Position numbers and translations under genes: made by a program. DNA of 63,016 nucleotides, the filler included, from Choristocarpus tenellus KU-1152 (Eukaryota > Protista > Phaeophyceae): the NCBI GenBank assembly GCA_964200185.2. It is 12 parts of 12 records of this genome, joined end to end, with 100 filler letters (N's around TTAATTAATTAA, not from the genome) between each part and the next. Parts side by side here need not be neighbours in the genome. Positions count along the whole stretch, not along the records: positions 51,804 to 55,852 come from CAXNAD020016484.1; positions 55,953 to 59,560 come from CAXNAD020018983.1; positions 59,661 to 63,016 come from CAXNAD020020576.1; 9 more parts are not named here. The stretch is one strand, 5' to 3'. Positions 51,876 through 63,016 of this stretch are shown here, piece after piece. The first letter of the stretch is position 1. Every line of letters starts with the position of its first letter. The notes under the pieces are model-generated. The model was not told the DNA's origin. It ran no database searches and saw only the letters and a program-made list of their open reading frames with translations.

Positions 51876-53436
51876 ACATACGTCAATTGTATAAAATAAG
51901 ATAGGAGAAGTTTAATGTATTGTTTTGTATTATGTGTGGAAGTGTCAAAAGGTGCCAAGTTCTCTGCTCAAGGGGGCAATCACAATCACCGGACTGAAAC
52001 TCCTTCACCTCAGTGGGTGGGACCGAGTTTCAAAGGTCTTGGCTCAAATCTCAGAACAGATGAGTAAATCCATAACAACAGAACAACACCCTCAAAACAC
52101 AACAGATGTTGCAGAATAACTGAGCAACGTCGCAGCAAAGAAATGGATTAATCAGAATCGGAATGTAATATTTTGTTTTGTATTCGTTTCATTCACTCTA
52201 TTTTGAAACGTTCGTAATCTGTCGAAGTTTAGTTTTATTATTTATGTTTGTTAAAAAGGGTTAATTTTGTTGTTTCCATCCCATCTATTTTACTACTAAA
52301 ACTTATTTTGTTACATCCCCAATTGCATTCCTGTTGAGATTTTGGGAAAAATAGGCAGGAAGAGGTTGGGTAAAAATGAAACAACGTATTCAAGTGGGAG
52401 AGTGGAGGTGTGCCATGGACTGGATGTATATTGTTATCGGGCTGCTGGCGATGCTTCGGCTTGAGCGAACTTTCGCAACGACTAAAATAAACTGCTGCCA
52501 CGGAGATTATGCTGTGGTTGATTGTCGTGGAGGGGTTGAATACGAAAGTGAGGTATGTGGTGTTGATTTTTGTTTAGGGGAATTGGGTTTCAAGATGAAT
52601 TGCGGAGATCCTAGTGCCTATGTGACAGGATGGGGAACAAGTACTTGATTGTGCTCCCTCCATGGGGCGTTATGCTTGTCACTCTTAATCCCTTTTCTAA
52701 TGGTGGGGGGCGATCATACCTTAGCAGCTGCGACGTCCAACCCTCTGTTGCCTGGCAAGAAGTTCAAGTGATGTGTTGCAATCAGTTTCGTCGGTGCTCG
52801 CTTCTTTCACTTTATTTCTTTCCTTGTCTTGTGGAGATATGTCGCCAAGGGTGGATTTTTGGTAGACTAGATTTTGGTTAGGCGACCTGAAAAAATTGGT
52901 CTGCGTGAATACATTTAAATGGATTGGTCCCTTGGAAGTGGTGGTGTTCACTGTTCTTCATTGTTTTTCCAAATGTATTCTTTATTCTCAAATCAAGTGT
53001 GGCAAGCCGTAGTAACCGGACAGACTGCTTTATCTTTCCACTTTCAGAGAAATACTCGACAACTTAATGTATTAGCTGAGATGGATTGTTCATTTTTGAG
53101 ATTTTCTGGTTGTTGGTACTCCAGACAACTCTCCACTTTCGCCAATTTGAACTCGGCAAGGTTTATCGTGAGGGGAGATTAGATCTTGTTACTTGTACTT
53201 GCCTTGGTCGTTCGTTTTGTGTTTTCCGACTTGAATGTGGTTGGTAGTCGTTTCATAACCTTTTCTTGGGGGGCAGCTTGATCCGCATACTCAAGGGTTG
53301 TCGAGGATTTGCAGGATCTTCCATGGGCACCTGATTAACTTCGCCAGATCTTTGGAATGCAGCGCCATGTCCATATGATGAGTCTGACGCTACGTACCGC
53401 AACCGATCTGTCTAGCCTTCTTGTGAAAGGAGCTCA

Positions 53437-53440
<4 letters not shown>

Positions 53441-53485
<45 letters not shown>
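53441..53485 (+). repeat. (CA)n microsatellite
   Basis: Directly visible. Other microsatellites are (AAT)n ~2466-2518, (GA)n ~15373-15398, (TAGG)n ~15566-15590, (GTAT)n ~36985-37018 and (CT)n ~59856-59895. Confidence 0.95.
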
Positions 53486-53488
<3 letters not shown>

Positions 53489-54849
53489 TATTGTTTGTAT
53501 TCGTGACAAATGGAAAGATGAGATGCAGCTTTGACACTAGGTGGTTACGGGAGTACAACTTTACGGTTTAATGAGATACAGACGAAATTAATAAATCCCG
53601 TGGTGATTGCACTTAGTTAGAAGACCCCATCACATTTAGTGATACATAGAAGATATTTATATCTACAATATAAGGCAAGGACTTCTTTTGCTTCAAGTGT
53701 TTTTGGACAAATTTATCTCATCAGATCGTGATATGCCATTTTGTCTACAGCCCTCACCCTGAGATGTCAAGCAATATTTGTACACAATACAAAAGTCGTG
53801 GTCAATCCATATTGCCCGAGAAACGTACCACTCACCATGTCTATGCATTTCACTTAGCTGGCTGTTTCTGTAGTGAGTGCAATGTCTGAATCCTCCCATG
53901 CAGTGAACCATGCAAGGTAATGACAGCTGCATCTGATTTAGGTAGGAATGTGAGTTTAGGATCAGTGACAGCTTCTTCAATGAGATTTTTGCTGCATCTT
54001 AGTTTTTATCTCTTTGTCTGCAGTATCTTACTCAACAAGTTCCTTGAGAGCTACTGAGGTTTTTGAAGTCCCAAATATCATGCCTTTTGAATGTGATTCT
54101 TACAACAGCGATTCAGTTAGCGGTTCAACCTGTATGATTAATTTGATCATGCAGTAATAAATATCATAATCGAAACCTTTTTTATTTGGCAAATATTTTG
54201 TTGTGCGTGTGTGTGCTGTGGTCTTTGCTGCTCTTATCATTGCGCACTTCAATCCAGTCAAGTACTTGAGAACGTTATTTTAGTCCACCTAGTTTGGACT
54301 CATAAATCCTTTCAATTCTCAGCTCTCTTTTATCTGGTAATCTGGTGAACTGAAATGTTAGAGATTTCAGTTCGATAATTTTTTTTGTTGTTGCGATTTT
54401 CACGATTTGGGAACGAGAGTATGCACAAAAGTGTGGAGTACTTTTGATTTTATTATCCTTTATTTTGTGCAATTCAAACATGCGTGTAACCCTTGTTGTT
54501 GCAACTGCTGTAGTGTATTTTTTCTCTAAAGTGATGTATGCACCATTGCACCCAGATACACGTATTCCCTCTGCCCCATAATTCTGGGCCGTTAAGTTGT
54601 AGCTCTTTGGGGTGACCTCCGATTACGAAACGGAATTATTTTTTCGTTGGATTCCTTGGAATGTTTTACATTAGAAACTCAATTTCAAAGAATTCTACAA
54701 ATAAATAAGTTCTGAAATGGTTCTGAGAGAATGGATCACAGCACGGGGCATATTCTTGTCATTTTTTAATGTTCCTCCTGCAGCGTGGAGCCGTGCAACA
54801 CCCTCACAACCCCCATGGTGAGCCCCCACAGTCCGTCCTTCCTGGCACA

Positions 54850-55830
54850 AAGGCCACCGTCTTGGGTAAAGAACTGTGAGAAGAGTGAGGAGGGTTGGAC
54901 CGTACTTGCTCTGTGTTACGCATTGGCTCTTCCTCTGGATCATGAGAGGCTCCTGAGGGTTGTGGGGTCTAAATTGGTGAAAGAGTTTAGAGTGGGAGAG
55001 AGACACCCAAAAGATGATGGGTGTGGGTGCGTGTCAAAGAACATTTAGACAGAGGAATTACCATCTCCCTGAAATCACAAAGCACGATCTGGACGGCTGT
55101 TGGACTTTACTCCAACGAAACAAGCGAAGATTTGGGAAATCAGTGCCAGCAATTGCATGCTGACTATCGACCAACTTTCCACCAAACTTGCCAAAGCGGA
55201 CCTCGCAGTTGGAAGCTCAAGCCTTGATCGCTGACTCGAAGCCATGGGGGGGGCAATGAGGTTTCAGCAGTGTGTCACCCCTAACCTTTTGTTTTCTCAC
55301 AAGAAGAACGGGGTGGACTTCATCCTCGACCAGATCTCCAGCAACCACAGAACCTACTAGACTGGCCTCAACACCATTACACCATTCACATCGACGAGGC
55401 ATGGTTGTACTTCATGAACGTCCATGAACAAGGATGAACATGAAGGATGGTTCGCATGTTCCCAGGGGAGGGAAAGGTGGGCTCGATGAAGGTGCAGCAC
55501 AAGAGTCACATTGCCAAAGTGATGTTCATATCTTCTGTTTCGCGCCCACATCCTTCCCGCGATTTTGACGGCAAGATCGGGATCTGGTGGTGGGTTTGTG
55601 TCACGAGGGAGGCACAACGGACTACAATATGGCATGTGAAGGGTGAGAAGTACGAGGTTGACGTCACCGTTGACGCTGAGTGGTACCTGGAGTGGTACCT
55701 GGAGTGGTACACGGGGTGGTACCTGGAGTGGTACACGGAGTGGTACACGGAGTGGTACACGGAGTGGTACTTGGAGTGGTACACGGAGTGGTACCTGGAG
55801 TGGTACACGGAAAAAAATGTCGTGGCTGGA
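54850..55830 (+). pseudogene. Tc1/mariner-superfamily transposase pseudogene (plant/stramenopile mariner-like type)
   Basis: An HTH-like N-terminus, then IHIDEAWLYFM...VQHKSHIAKVMFISSVSRP...FDGKIGIW. It has stops and frameshifts and is truncated at poly-G. Confidence 0.85.
55678..55809 (+). repeat. 12-bp in-frame tandem repeat x11 (gagtggtac+ctg/acg), encoding EWYL/EWYT
   Basis: Directly visible inside the mariner ORF. Confidence 0.95.
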
Positions 55831-58019
55831 ATCGGGGAGGGGGGGGGGGGGGNNNNNNNNNNNNNNNNNNNNNNNNNNNNNNNNNNNNNNNNNNNNTTAA
55901 TTAATTAANNNNNNNNNNNNNNNNNNNNNNNNNNNNNNNNNNNNNNNNNNNNCCCTCCCCCGTACCGATGTTCTCCTTATCTTCATCATCCTCGTCGTCC
56001 TCGTCCTCCTTCTGCTGCTCCTCGTCCTCCTCCCCCTCCCCCTCCCCCGGAACACATAAATGCTACAACATATTTTGGTGACAATAAAAGGTACGTGATA
56101 ATGGAAGCAATGATGAAGTTGTTCGTAGGATTTGTGAAATGGGTTTCCCAGAAGATGAGGCAAGGAAGGCGTTGGTGGCACATGACTGGGATGAGAGCAT
56201 GGCCGTGAATGCTTTGCTCTTGGGCATGTAGTTGGTTTGATGCATTTTTCGATGGGGGGGCGTTTTGTTGCTTTTGTGTGTGTAGCCCTGGCAACAAATG
56301 TGGCGAGGAAATGAGATTACATAGGATGCTGTGTTGGAGATGGGGGGGGGGGGGGGGGGGGAGATATTGAAGAGGGGGGGGGGGCGAGGGGAGGTAGTTT
56401 GAGAGAGGCAGTCAGTCTTCAGATAGGGCTGGATGGAGGGAGAGGGTTGAGGTAGTTGATGTGGAATGTTTTGATGTGGCATACAATGAAGTAGAAGAGG
56501 CCAATTGCACTTGGCCCCCGAGGAGGTGAGACTAGCCCGCTCGAGAGCACTTGCTTTGCGGTGCTTGTGATGGGGAGGGCAGAGACAGAGAAGGGTATAC
56601 CTTCGAATTGTGAAGCATGGCTGCCTGTGGTGCTGGTTCTGTTGTTGAGCGTTTTTTGTTTGTTTCTATGTGTGGGGGGTGGGGGGAGGGGGGCGGGGGG
56701 CGTGTGATTGTGACATATATGCTTAGTGTGCTTAGGTACATAGTATCGCTTCACTGTAGAGTCCATCCTTGTGCAACAGCGTGGACCTTGGGGTTGATGC
56801 TTACCTCAGTCACAGGTGAAGTCACAGGTGAAGGTGTACGTGATATGTGCTGTTGATCCTGCTTTCAGAGGAGGGGTTGATTTTGGTGTCGCTTGTGCTT
56901 GAAGTGAGGTCCGGTGCGGACTGGAAATGATTCACTTCTCACACTGAGTGAGAGTCTGCTCTTGCTTGTTCAGAGCCGCCTATGCTCAAAGGCCACTTGA
57001 TCTGTTGTACCGTCTGGGTGTGACATTCATGTGTGTTCGTCCAGTGTTTTTGGTTGGTTGGTTGGTTTTGTTTTGGTATTCTTATGTGTCGGTAGGGTGG
57101 GTCTGTTGACCAAATGTGATCCTCCTGGCATTGCAAGTCTCTCTAGTGTTGTATGTAAGGGAAGAGGGAGAGAGGGAGTGGGGGACGGAGAGAGGGAGAT
57201 GAACGCTCGCAGCCTCTCTTTCTGCTTTTTTTTGGTGCTTTTTGCCGTGTTGGCTACTCTTGTTGGGATGTGCACCATGAAATGTCTTGGTTGATTTTCC
57301 TCCTGTCAGCGTGGTCAGTTCGAAATCCGCCTTTAATAAGATAATGGTGGAGGTGACCTGCTCTCATATGAGCTCATCATGAAAAAAGACTCAACGCACA
57401 AAAGCGCACACCCATGTTTTTCTATACTTCGAAAGGCGGTATATAATATATATATATATATAATACGTATTTTGGTGTACTTGGAAATGCCTTCTGTGTA
57501 ATATTGAGACTTATGACTTCGTTTTAGGCTGGGAAAAATGTTGATCATCGCAGCATCAAAAGTCCCCCTTTATCCATATAATCCATATGCTGTACTACTA
57601 CCGGAAAGCCTGGCGCCTGCTTTTTTTAAGGGTATTTCCATTTTCTGCATGATGTGTCTTTTGGCTGTGTCTTTTGATGCTGTTGTTGTGACTATTCCTC
57701 TTTGTTGCCTGGTGGGTCTGCTGGGGGTAATTGAGTCAAACGTAAGCGAGAATTACCCAGGTTTTTGGCAGTTTTGCATTTTAAGCCAGTTATTCGATCT
57801 TTTTTGCAATTCACCCGTATTTCTATGGATGAAGTGTGCTAAGTTTGACTTTATTTTAGAGGGCTGACTTCTCTCTTGTTTGAGACTTTTTGACAGGATT
57901 CAGAAAATATCCGACTTTGCATTTTGTAAAAACAGACAAATGTTGGACATATTTGTCAGCATCCTTAAAATGCCACTTTGGGTACCTCTCGCTTTGACTA
58001 TTTATTTTTTTCCCTTTTG

Positions 58020-58293
58020 GGGTCAAAGTATCTGGGGGGGGGGGGCCGCTGTTCACCGCAGGCCCAATTTCCTTATCCCAAATTTTGTCGGCATTTTNNN
58101 NNNNNNNTTTGACTTTTTTTTTTTTTCCCTTTTGTTGTCAAAGTATCTGGGGGGGGGGGCGGCTGTCCACTCAGGGCCCATTTTCCATGTCGCAATTTTT
58201 GGGTGAATTTGGTTGCATGCCTCAGATGGACAATGTAAGTGCACTTCTCTTGGTTAGGCCCCGAATGGACATTGTGGTGTAGTTCCCCCTCCC
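58020..58293 (-). mobile_element. MITE family A variant with a tandemly duplicated TIR-containing end
   Basis: tttgact...ttcccttttg...gtcaaagtatctgggggg occurs twice (~57993-58045 and ~58108-58160) around a 10-N gap, followed by the family A interior. Confidence 0.75.
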
Positions 58294-58791
58294 ACACACA
58301 TGCAACGAAACTGAGCCTTGTGCCATTGATGTGGGCTTGAATATTGAGTTATCGCTATCATCGAATTCCTACTCAGTTCTCTTGGACCAGCCCTAAAAGG
58401 AACAAGTTTCTTTGTTGATTATATGTTGAATGCCATTTTTGTATACACTATTCAGTACATAAAACGATGGATATGAATCGTATGATTCTGTGGCGGTGTG
58501 GTTCACTCAGGCAAGGGTGGAGAAGAGAATCACCGGGCAAGACGGACCAAGACAAAGTGTAACCGAGAGGAAGAGGTTAATGTTGGACAAGTGCAAGACT
58601 GCAAGGACTTTCAGGAAATTGTGGAGTTAGAATCTTACAAGAGGTATAACGGTACTTGGCATACGGGAATAATGGTATAACAACAGATAAAGCCCCTTTC
58701 CACTTGGAACGAGAGGTACCCAATTTTTGCATCGTTTTGCATTTAGTCGCTTCTTTTGTCATTTCCACGTCATCCTTCCTAATAGGGGTGA

Positions 58792-58880
58792 AACAGCCGA
58801 TTTCAAAAATTGAGGATGGAGCTTTTCATTGAGGATGGGCTTGACCCAAAATTGACTGGGATAAAGTGTTGATATGTTTT
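58792..58880 (+). mobile_element. Repeat family C terminus
   Basis: Nearly identical to 42422-42500. Confidence 0.85.
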
Positions 58881-59660
58881 TTTTTTTAATTGTGCAAATG
58901 ACTAACAATTTTAATATTGAATGCAAATACTTTTGTTCTTTTGGGTGTTTCTGTGGGTGAGTGGGGTGATTTAAATACGCCGCATCCTGCAGATTAATCC
59001 GGAATTTTCACGTCTTCCATCAACTTGGAAATCAACTCTTGGTGGATTGGTCCGATGCTATATACGCATTTACCGGAAAATGGTTAAAATAATTCCACAT
59101 CCACCGTATGTATCAAGAGATTTTTATTATTTTTATTATTATGTCCTCTCACATTTTGTAGTTGTGTCAGGGGATTTTTGTTATTATTTATAGTCATACA
59201 GTACCTACACCTATTTTATACCGAATATTATATACCAACCCCATTTTTGTACCGCTTTTTTCGACATACTCAAAGAAATAGGCTTTTGTACCGGAATTCT
59301 CGTATTCGGGTGATTTGGCACAACATACCAGAGATATTCACGCAAGTTTGGCGCGCGCGTAAAAACTTCTCGCGAAAAGTGCCTTTCTTCCTGAGTCATG
59401 ACTACACAGCAGTACAGTATGTTGCTGGTAGGGGAAGAAAGTGGAAGCCATGCCTTGTGCCGCGGAAAACCTCTGCAAGATGCCTTCAAATACACCGGGT
59501 CCACCTTTCTACACAAATCCACAAGTGCCGTAAGTGTGGTGGGTACCTCCATGGTATATGNNNNNNNNNNNNNNNNNNNNNNNNNNNNNNNNNNNNNNNN
59601 NNNNTTAATTAATTAANNNNNNNNNNNNNNNNNNNNNNNNNNNNNNNNNNNNNNNNNNNN

Positions 59661-59713
59661 CCAAATGGACACCCTGGTGTAGACCCCCCCCCTCCTCCCA
59701 GATACTTTGGGTC
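59661..59713 (-). mobile_element. MITE family A terminus (contig start)
   Basis: ccaaatggacaccctggtgtagacc...cccagatactttgggtc. Confidence 0.88.
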
Positions 59714-59851
59714 CAAGATCAAAAGCACTACGTGTGCTCCCTTTCCAAAATCCTTCCTAGTGACGCCTCTAACCTCGATCAGTGAAAGCAAGGAGACTTC
59801 GCACATTGCCACCAACGGCTTTTGTAAGAAGGGCACAACAGGACCACTACT

Positions 59852-59898
<47 letters not shown>

Positions 59899-59899
59899 C

Positions 59900-61365
59900 C
59901 TGACAAAACTGCTCCTCGATATCCTCTTGACTGACAAGAACGCCATCTATGTCGAAAGAGCGAGGGTCAGCGTTGTTGCTTCCTTTCACCACCAGACCTC
60001 TCTCCATCACCTGAACCACAGGAGCAATCGCAGGCGGTTGTCATCGGATGAAGGAGGGGGAACTTAAGCCATTGTCAACATCAAGGGCGTTAGATCACTG
60101 CTGCATGGCATGCCTACACACACGCCTGTTGACCTTTTGCTTGTCCGGGTTGAGATGGGGAAGTGTAACTGTCTGATTCCATTTAGCACGAAGTGGTAGG
60201 TAATCTTGTTTTCAAAGAATGCAAGCAAGAGTGTACAACACTGCACTGGAGTGCTTGGTCAGCAACCGGGTCACATGGTCACATGCAGTGCGGTGGGGTA
60301 AGAAAGGGGACAAAGTAGCGCAGTAGCGCATCATTTTTAATTCTTAATCCAGTCGTTTGGTCGAGGCAGGGGACCTTTGAAAAAGACATGCAGTGAAGGA
60401 GGCAGGGAGTATTCATACTTGCAGTGTATTGGCTTGGCTTGAGGATGGGACTCTCTCCTCGAAGGTAAAGTATAGAGTGAAAGTATCTTATTAAGAGAGG
60501 GTACGAGTTTTGCCCTGTTTGTCCATTTGGGGGTTGGCTTCCCATGGGTTTTTGATGACAATTTTCTTACTCCAAAATGTTTAGGAGCAGGTAAAGTATG
60601 TATGTTTATGAAAAGGTGTGTTCGGAACATAGATACTGACTCTTCCTAACCAACACGACAGCCAAAATTGCATCACAATTGCAACATTGGATATTGGCCC
60701 CCAAATGGATGCGACTCTACCCTCTCTAAGGTACTGTGACCCATACCTTTCTTCATCCCACTAGCCCTCTCTTCATTGGTGCAGTGGAAAACAGCACCAC
60801 TCATACATATACTACTAGTATGTATGTCCTTGGAAATGTGTTTCAAACAATATTGTCACCTATTAATAGTAGAAGACTGATATCGATGAGGTAACCTGCA
60901 CAAGGCAAAAGCAATAATAGAGCACCTTGAAACTCCTGCACCCTCTACCCCCTTCCCAATACATTACCTCTCCAGCCCACCAGCATACACATCTCACTGT
61001 CCACCTCAATGTCTTTGGTCCCTGATTGTTATCCACCATCCCCTACCGTCCATTGCCCACATTCTAAGCCCCCAACACTAAATCTACCCTACCTCACCAG
61101 TATTCTTCACAATCAAACTCAAAAACTGATATATCTAAAACGCATGGACACAATTGATCGTACTCTATCCCTCACATCTCATCTCACCCCCCTTCACACA
61201 AACAGTACCTTGATGCTGAGCGCAAACACAGATCCGTCCTGGCCGCCTGAGAAGAGGAAGTTGTCATCTGGACTAACCAGCAGCCCGGTCACTTGTCCCA
61301 CATGAACTGCAATTTCTGTAAAAGGTGGTATCCCCTGAGGGAGTGGCCAATCGTACACACGGATC
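59900..61365 (-). CDS. CFAP57: CFAP57/WDR65-like WD40 and coiled-coil flagellar protein, two internal exons (61365-61209, 60010-59900)
   Basis: IRVYDWPLPQGIPPFTEIAVHVGQVTGLLVSPDDNFLFSGGQDGSVFALSIK (WD40 blade) spliced to VMERG...DGVLVSQEDIEEQ, resembling the CFAP57 WD-to-coiled-coil junction. GT-AG sites are phase-compatible. Confidence 0.65.
60475..60742 (-). mobile_element. MITE family B, complete copy (intronic)
   Basis: gagtgaaagtatcttattaagagagggtacg ... ctctaaggtactgtgaccc. Confidence 0.92.
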
Positions 61366-61508
61366 CTTGTTCGTGCATGTATGGGGGGAGGGGAGAGGCC
61401 GAGTTATTGTTCTTGAGTTTCTGTGATCATTGGTGCAGTATCCTAATCAATCTCTGCTAGGTTTGCATTATTTCACCCGGTTTCTAGGCTCAGTTACATT
61501 TGAAAAAA

Positions 61509-61772
61509 GAGTCAAAGTATCTTAGAGGGTAGAGCTTCGTCCGTTTGGGGTCCAAAATCCAATGTTGCGATTTTGATGTAATTTTGGCTATCGTGTTTGT
61601 CAGGAAGTGCCAATATCCTTGTTCTGGACACAACTTTTCATAACATAAACATTTTACCTTCTCCAAAACATTTCGGAGTAGGTAAAATGTCTTTAATAAA
61701 TCCACAGGAAGTCAAGCCCCAAACGGACAAACAGGGCAAAACTCGTACCCTAACCCTAACATACTTTCACTC
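61509..61772 (+). mobile_element. MITE family B, complete copy (TSD AAAA); right TIR carries CCCTAA repeats
   Basis: aaaa|gagtcaaagtatcttagagggta ... taccctaaccctaacatactttcactc|aaaa. Confidence 0.93.
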
Positions 61773-61895
61773 AAAATGTTATGTGAACACAATTGCACCA
61801 TCATTTACAAGCCTGCCTTATGGGAGAGTAAACTGTTACCAACTACTTCTATGTAGACCAGAACCTGAACCTTGCACACTTTTTCTGTTTTTTTT

Positions 61896-62152
61896 AGTCA
61901 AAGTATCTTAGAGGGTAGAGCTTTGTCTGTTCGGGAGCCAAAATCCAATGTTGCGATGTAGATATAATTTTGGCTATCGTGTTTGCCAGCAAGTGTCAGT
62001 ATCCTTTTTCTGGACACACCTTTTTATATTGTATATATTCTACCTACTCTGAAACATTTCAGAGTAGGAAAACGTCATAAAAAACCTGTGGGAAGTCAGG
62101 CCCCAAAGGGACGAACAGGGCAAAACTCGTACCCTCGAAGACACTTCCACTC
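61896..62152 (+). mobile_element. MITE family B, complete copy
   Basis: agtcaaagtatcttagagggta ... taccctcgaagacacttccactc. Confidence 0.92.
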
Positions 62153-62995
62153 TTATCTCCAAAGTAGTCTTGAAGACATCACTCTTTGAGTTAATACTGT
62201 GATATCTGACTACTCAGAGATCATATTTTTTGGATCCACCGGAGTCAACACAAGCAAAGAGTCCATTTTACTACCGTACACGATGAAAAGTCTATCCGGC
62301 GGTTCAGCCTCCAATTGAAGTTCCGGCGTGCCATACTACCTCCTGTATCTCTTCCTTGGTGTTTTTGACAAGTGTAGTGCTGTAATTGGTAAGGGTGCTT
62401 ACCTTAGAGGTCTCCTAGATTGGATAGACTTTCTCGATATTGATCCCTCAAATAGATTACTCTGATATTCAACCATTGATGTATCAAGACGACCGAATCA
62501 TGTTTCACTATCAATATACCTATTATTGTATTCAGCACATCCTATTTCAACCCCAGTCAAATGAGAAAAACACTTCACATGAGCTTATCAACTGACCAGG
62601 GCCAGACGCCTTAATGTCGATATTCAGGAACTGGTCTAATTTTTGAGCCAATGAGATTCGATTTTCAGTAGCCTTTTCTGATACTAAAACTTGCCGTTTT
62701 TTGGTAAAAAAATCGCACGATTGAAGCAATAGTTGTGTTTTGATATTTCATCTTCACACACATCTCTTGTCAATGTTGTTGTACTCTGCCCATGACGGCT
62801 GGACAAATATTTCACATTGTCGAAAAATGCACTGAATCCTGAATGCTACTCCGTCAGCTTCTAATAGGAAAATCTCCACTTGTATGGGACTGGTTATATG
62901 AGTCCTTTCACAGAATTTGAATCTCCAGAGTGCACATAAAGTAGGACTTACATGTGAGGAGCTCCTCATTTGTGCATGTGAGCTATTCTTTGGGT

Positions 62996-63016
62996 GGGTC
63001 AAAGTATCTTGGGGGG
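62996..63016. mobile_element. MITE family A TIR at window end
   Basis: gggtcaaagtatcttgggggg. Confidence 0.7.

Noticed and set aside
55678-55809. CRISPR-like array
   Set aside because: The units are contiguous 12-mers with no unique spacers, there are no cas genes, and the context is a eukaryotic transposase.
5331-59660. Recurrent TTAATTAATTAA motif flanked by Ns as a biological repeat
   Set aside because: It is a fixed 100-bp artificial linker with six-frame stops. It also means gene neighbourhoods across linkers cannot be interpreted.

Overview
This is eukaryotic, intron-rich genomic DNA, most likely a stramenopile or brown alga (inference from gene structures, RTE-type LINE and TTAGGG tracts). 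It is not one locus. Twelve contigs are joined by eleven artificial 100-bp linkers (N44-TTAATTAATTAA-N44), so adjacency across linkers cannot be trusted. Spliced host gene fragments that I could reconstruct by hand are a GTPBP1/2-type translational GTPase with a ~270-aa insertion, a myosin (converter plus IQ, with a probable GC-AG intron), a PH-domain protein, a GT61-like glycosyltransferase, a CFAP57-like WD40 protein and the 3' end of an unknown gene. The rest is mostly transposon material. The most notable system is a Sola-like DDD transposase split into seven phase-compatible exons (572 open codons, catalytic motifs intact). It occurs with 19 full or partial copies of two MITE families that share a TIR core (AAAGTATCT) and a CCAAATGGAC subterminal motif, and 4-bp TSDs flank four of the copies. 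Also present are a cluster of ~100-bp LTR-like units in alternating orientation, a decayed RTE LINE, a mariner-like transposase with an in-frame 12-bp expansion, a third terminus family, decayed TPR/ankyrin and possible KDZ relics, and about ten short interstitial (TTAGGG)n tracts, one in a coding exon and one in a MITE TIR. All calls rest on manual reading and motif recognition; no searches were run.
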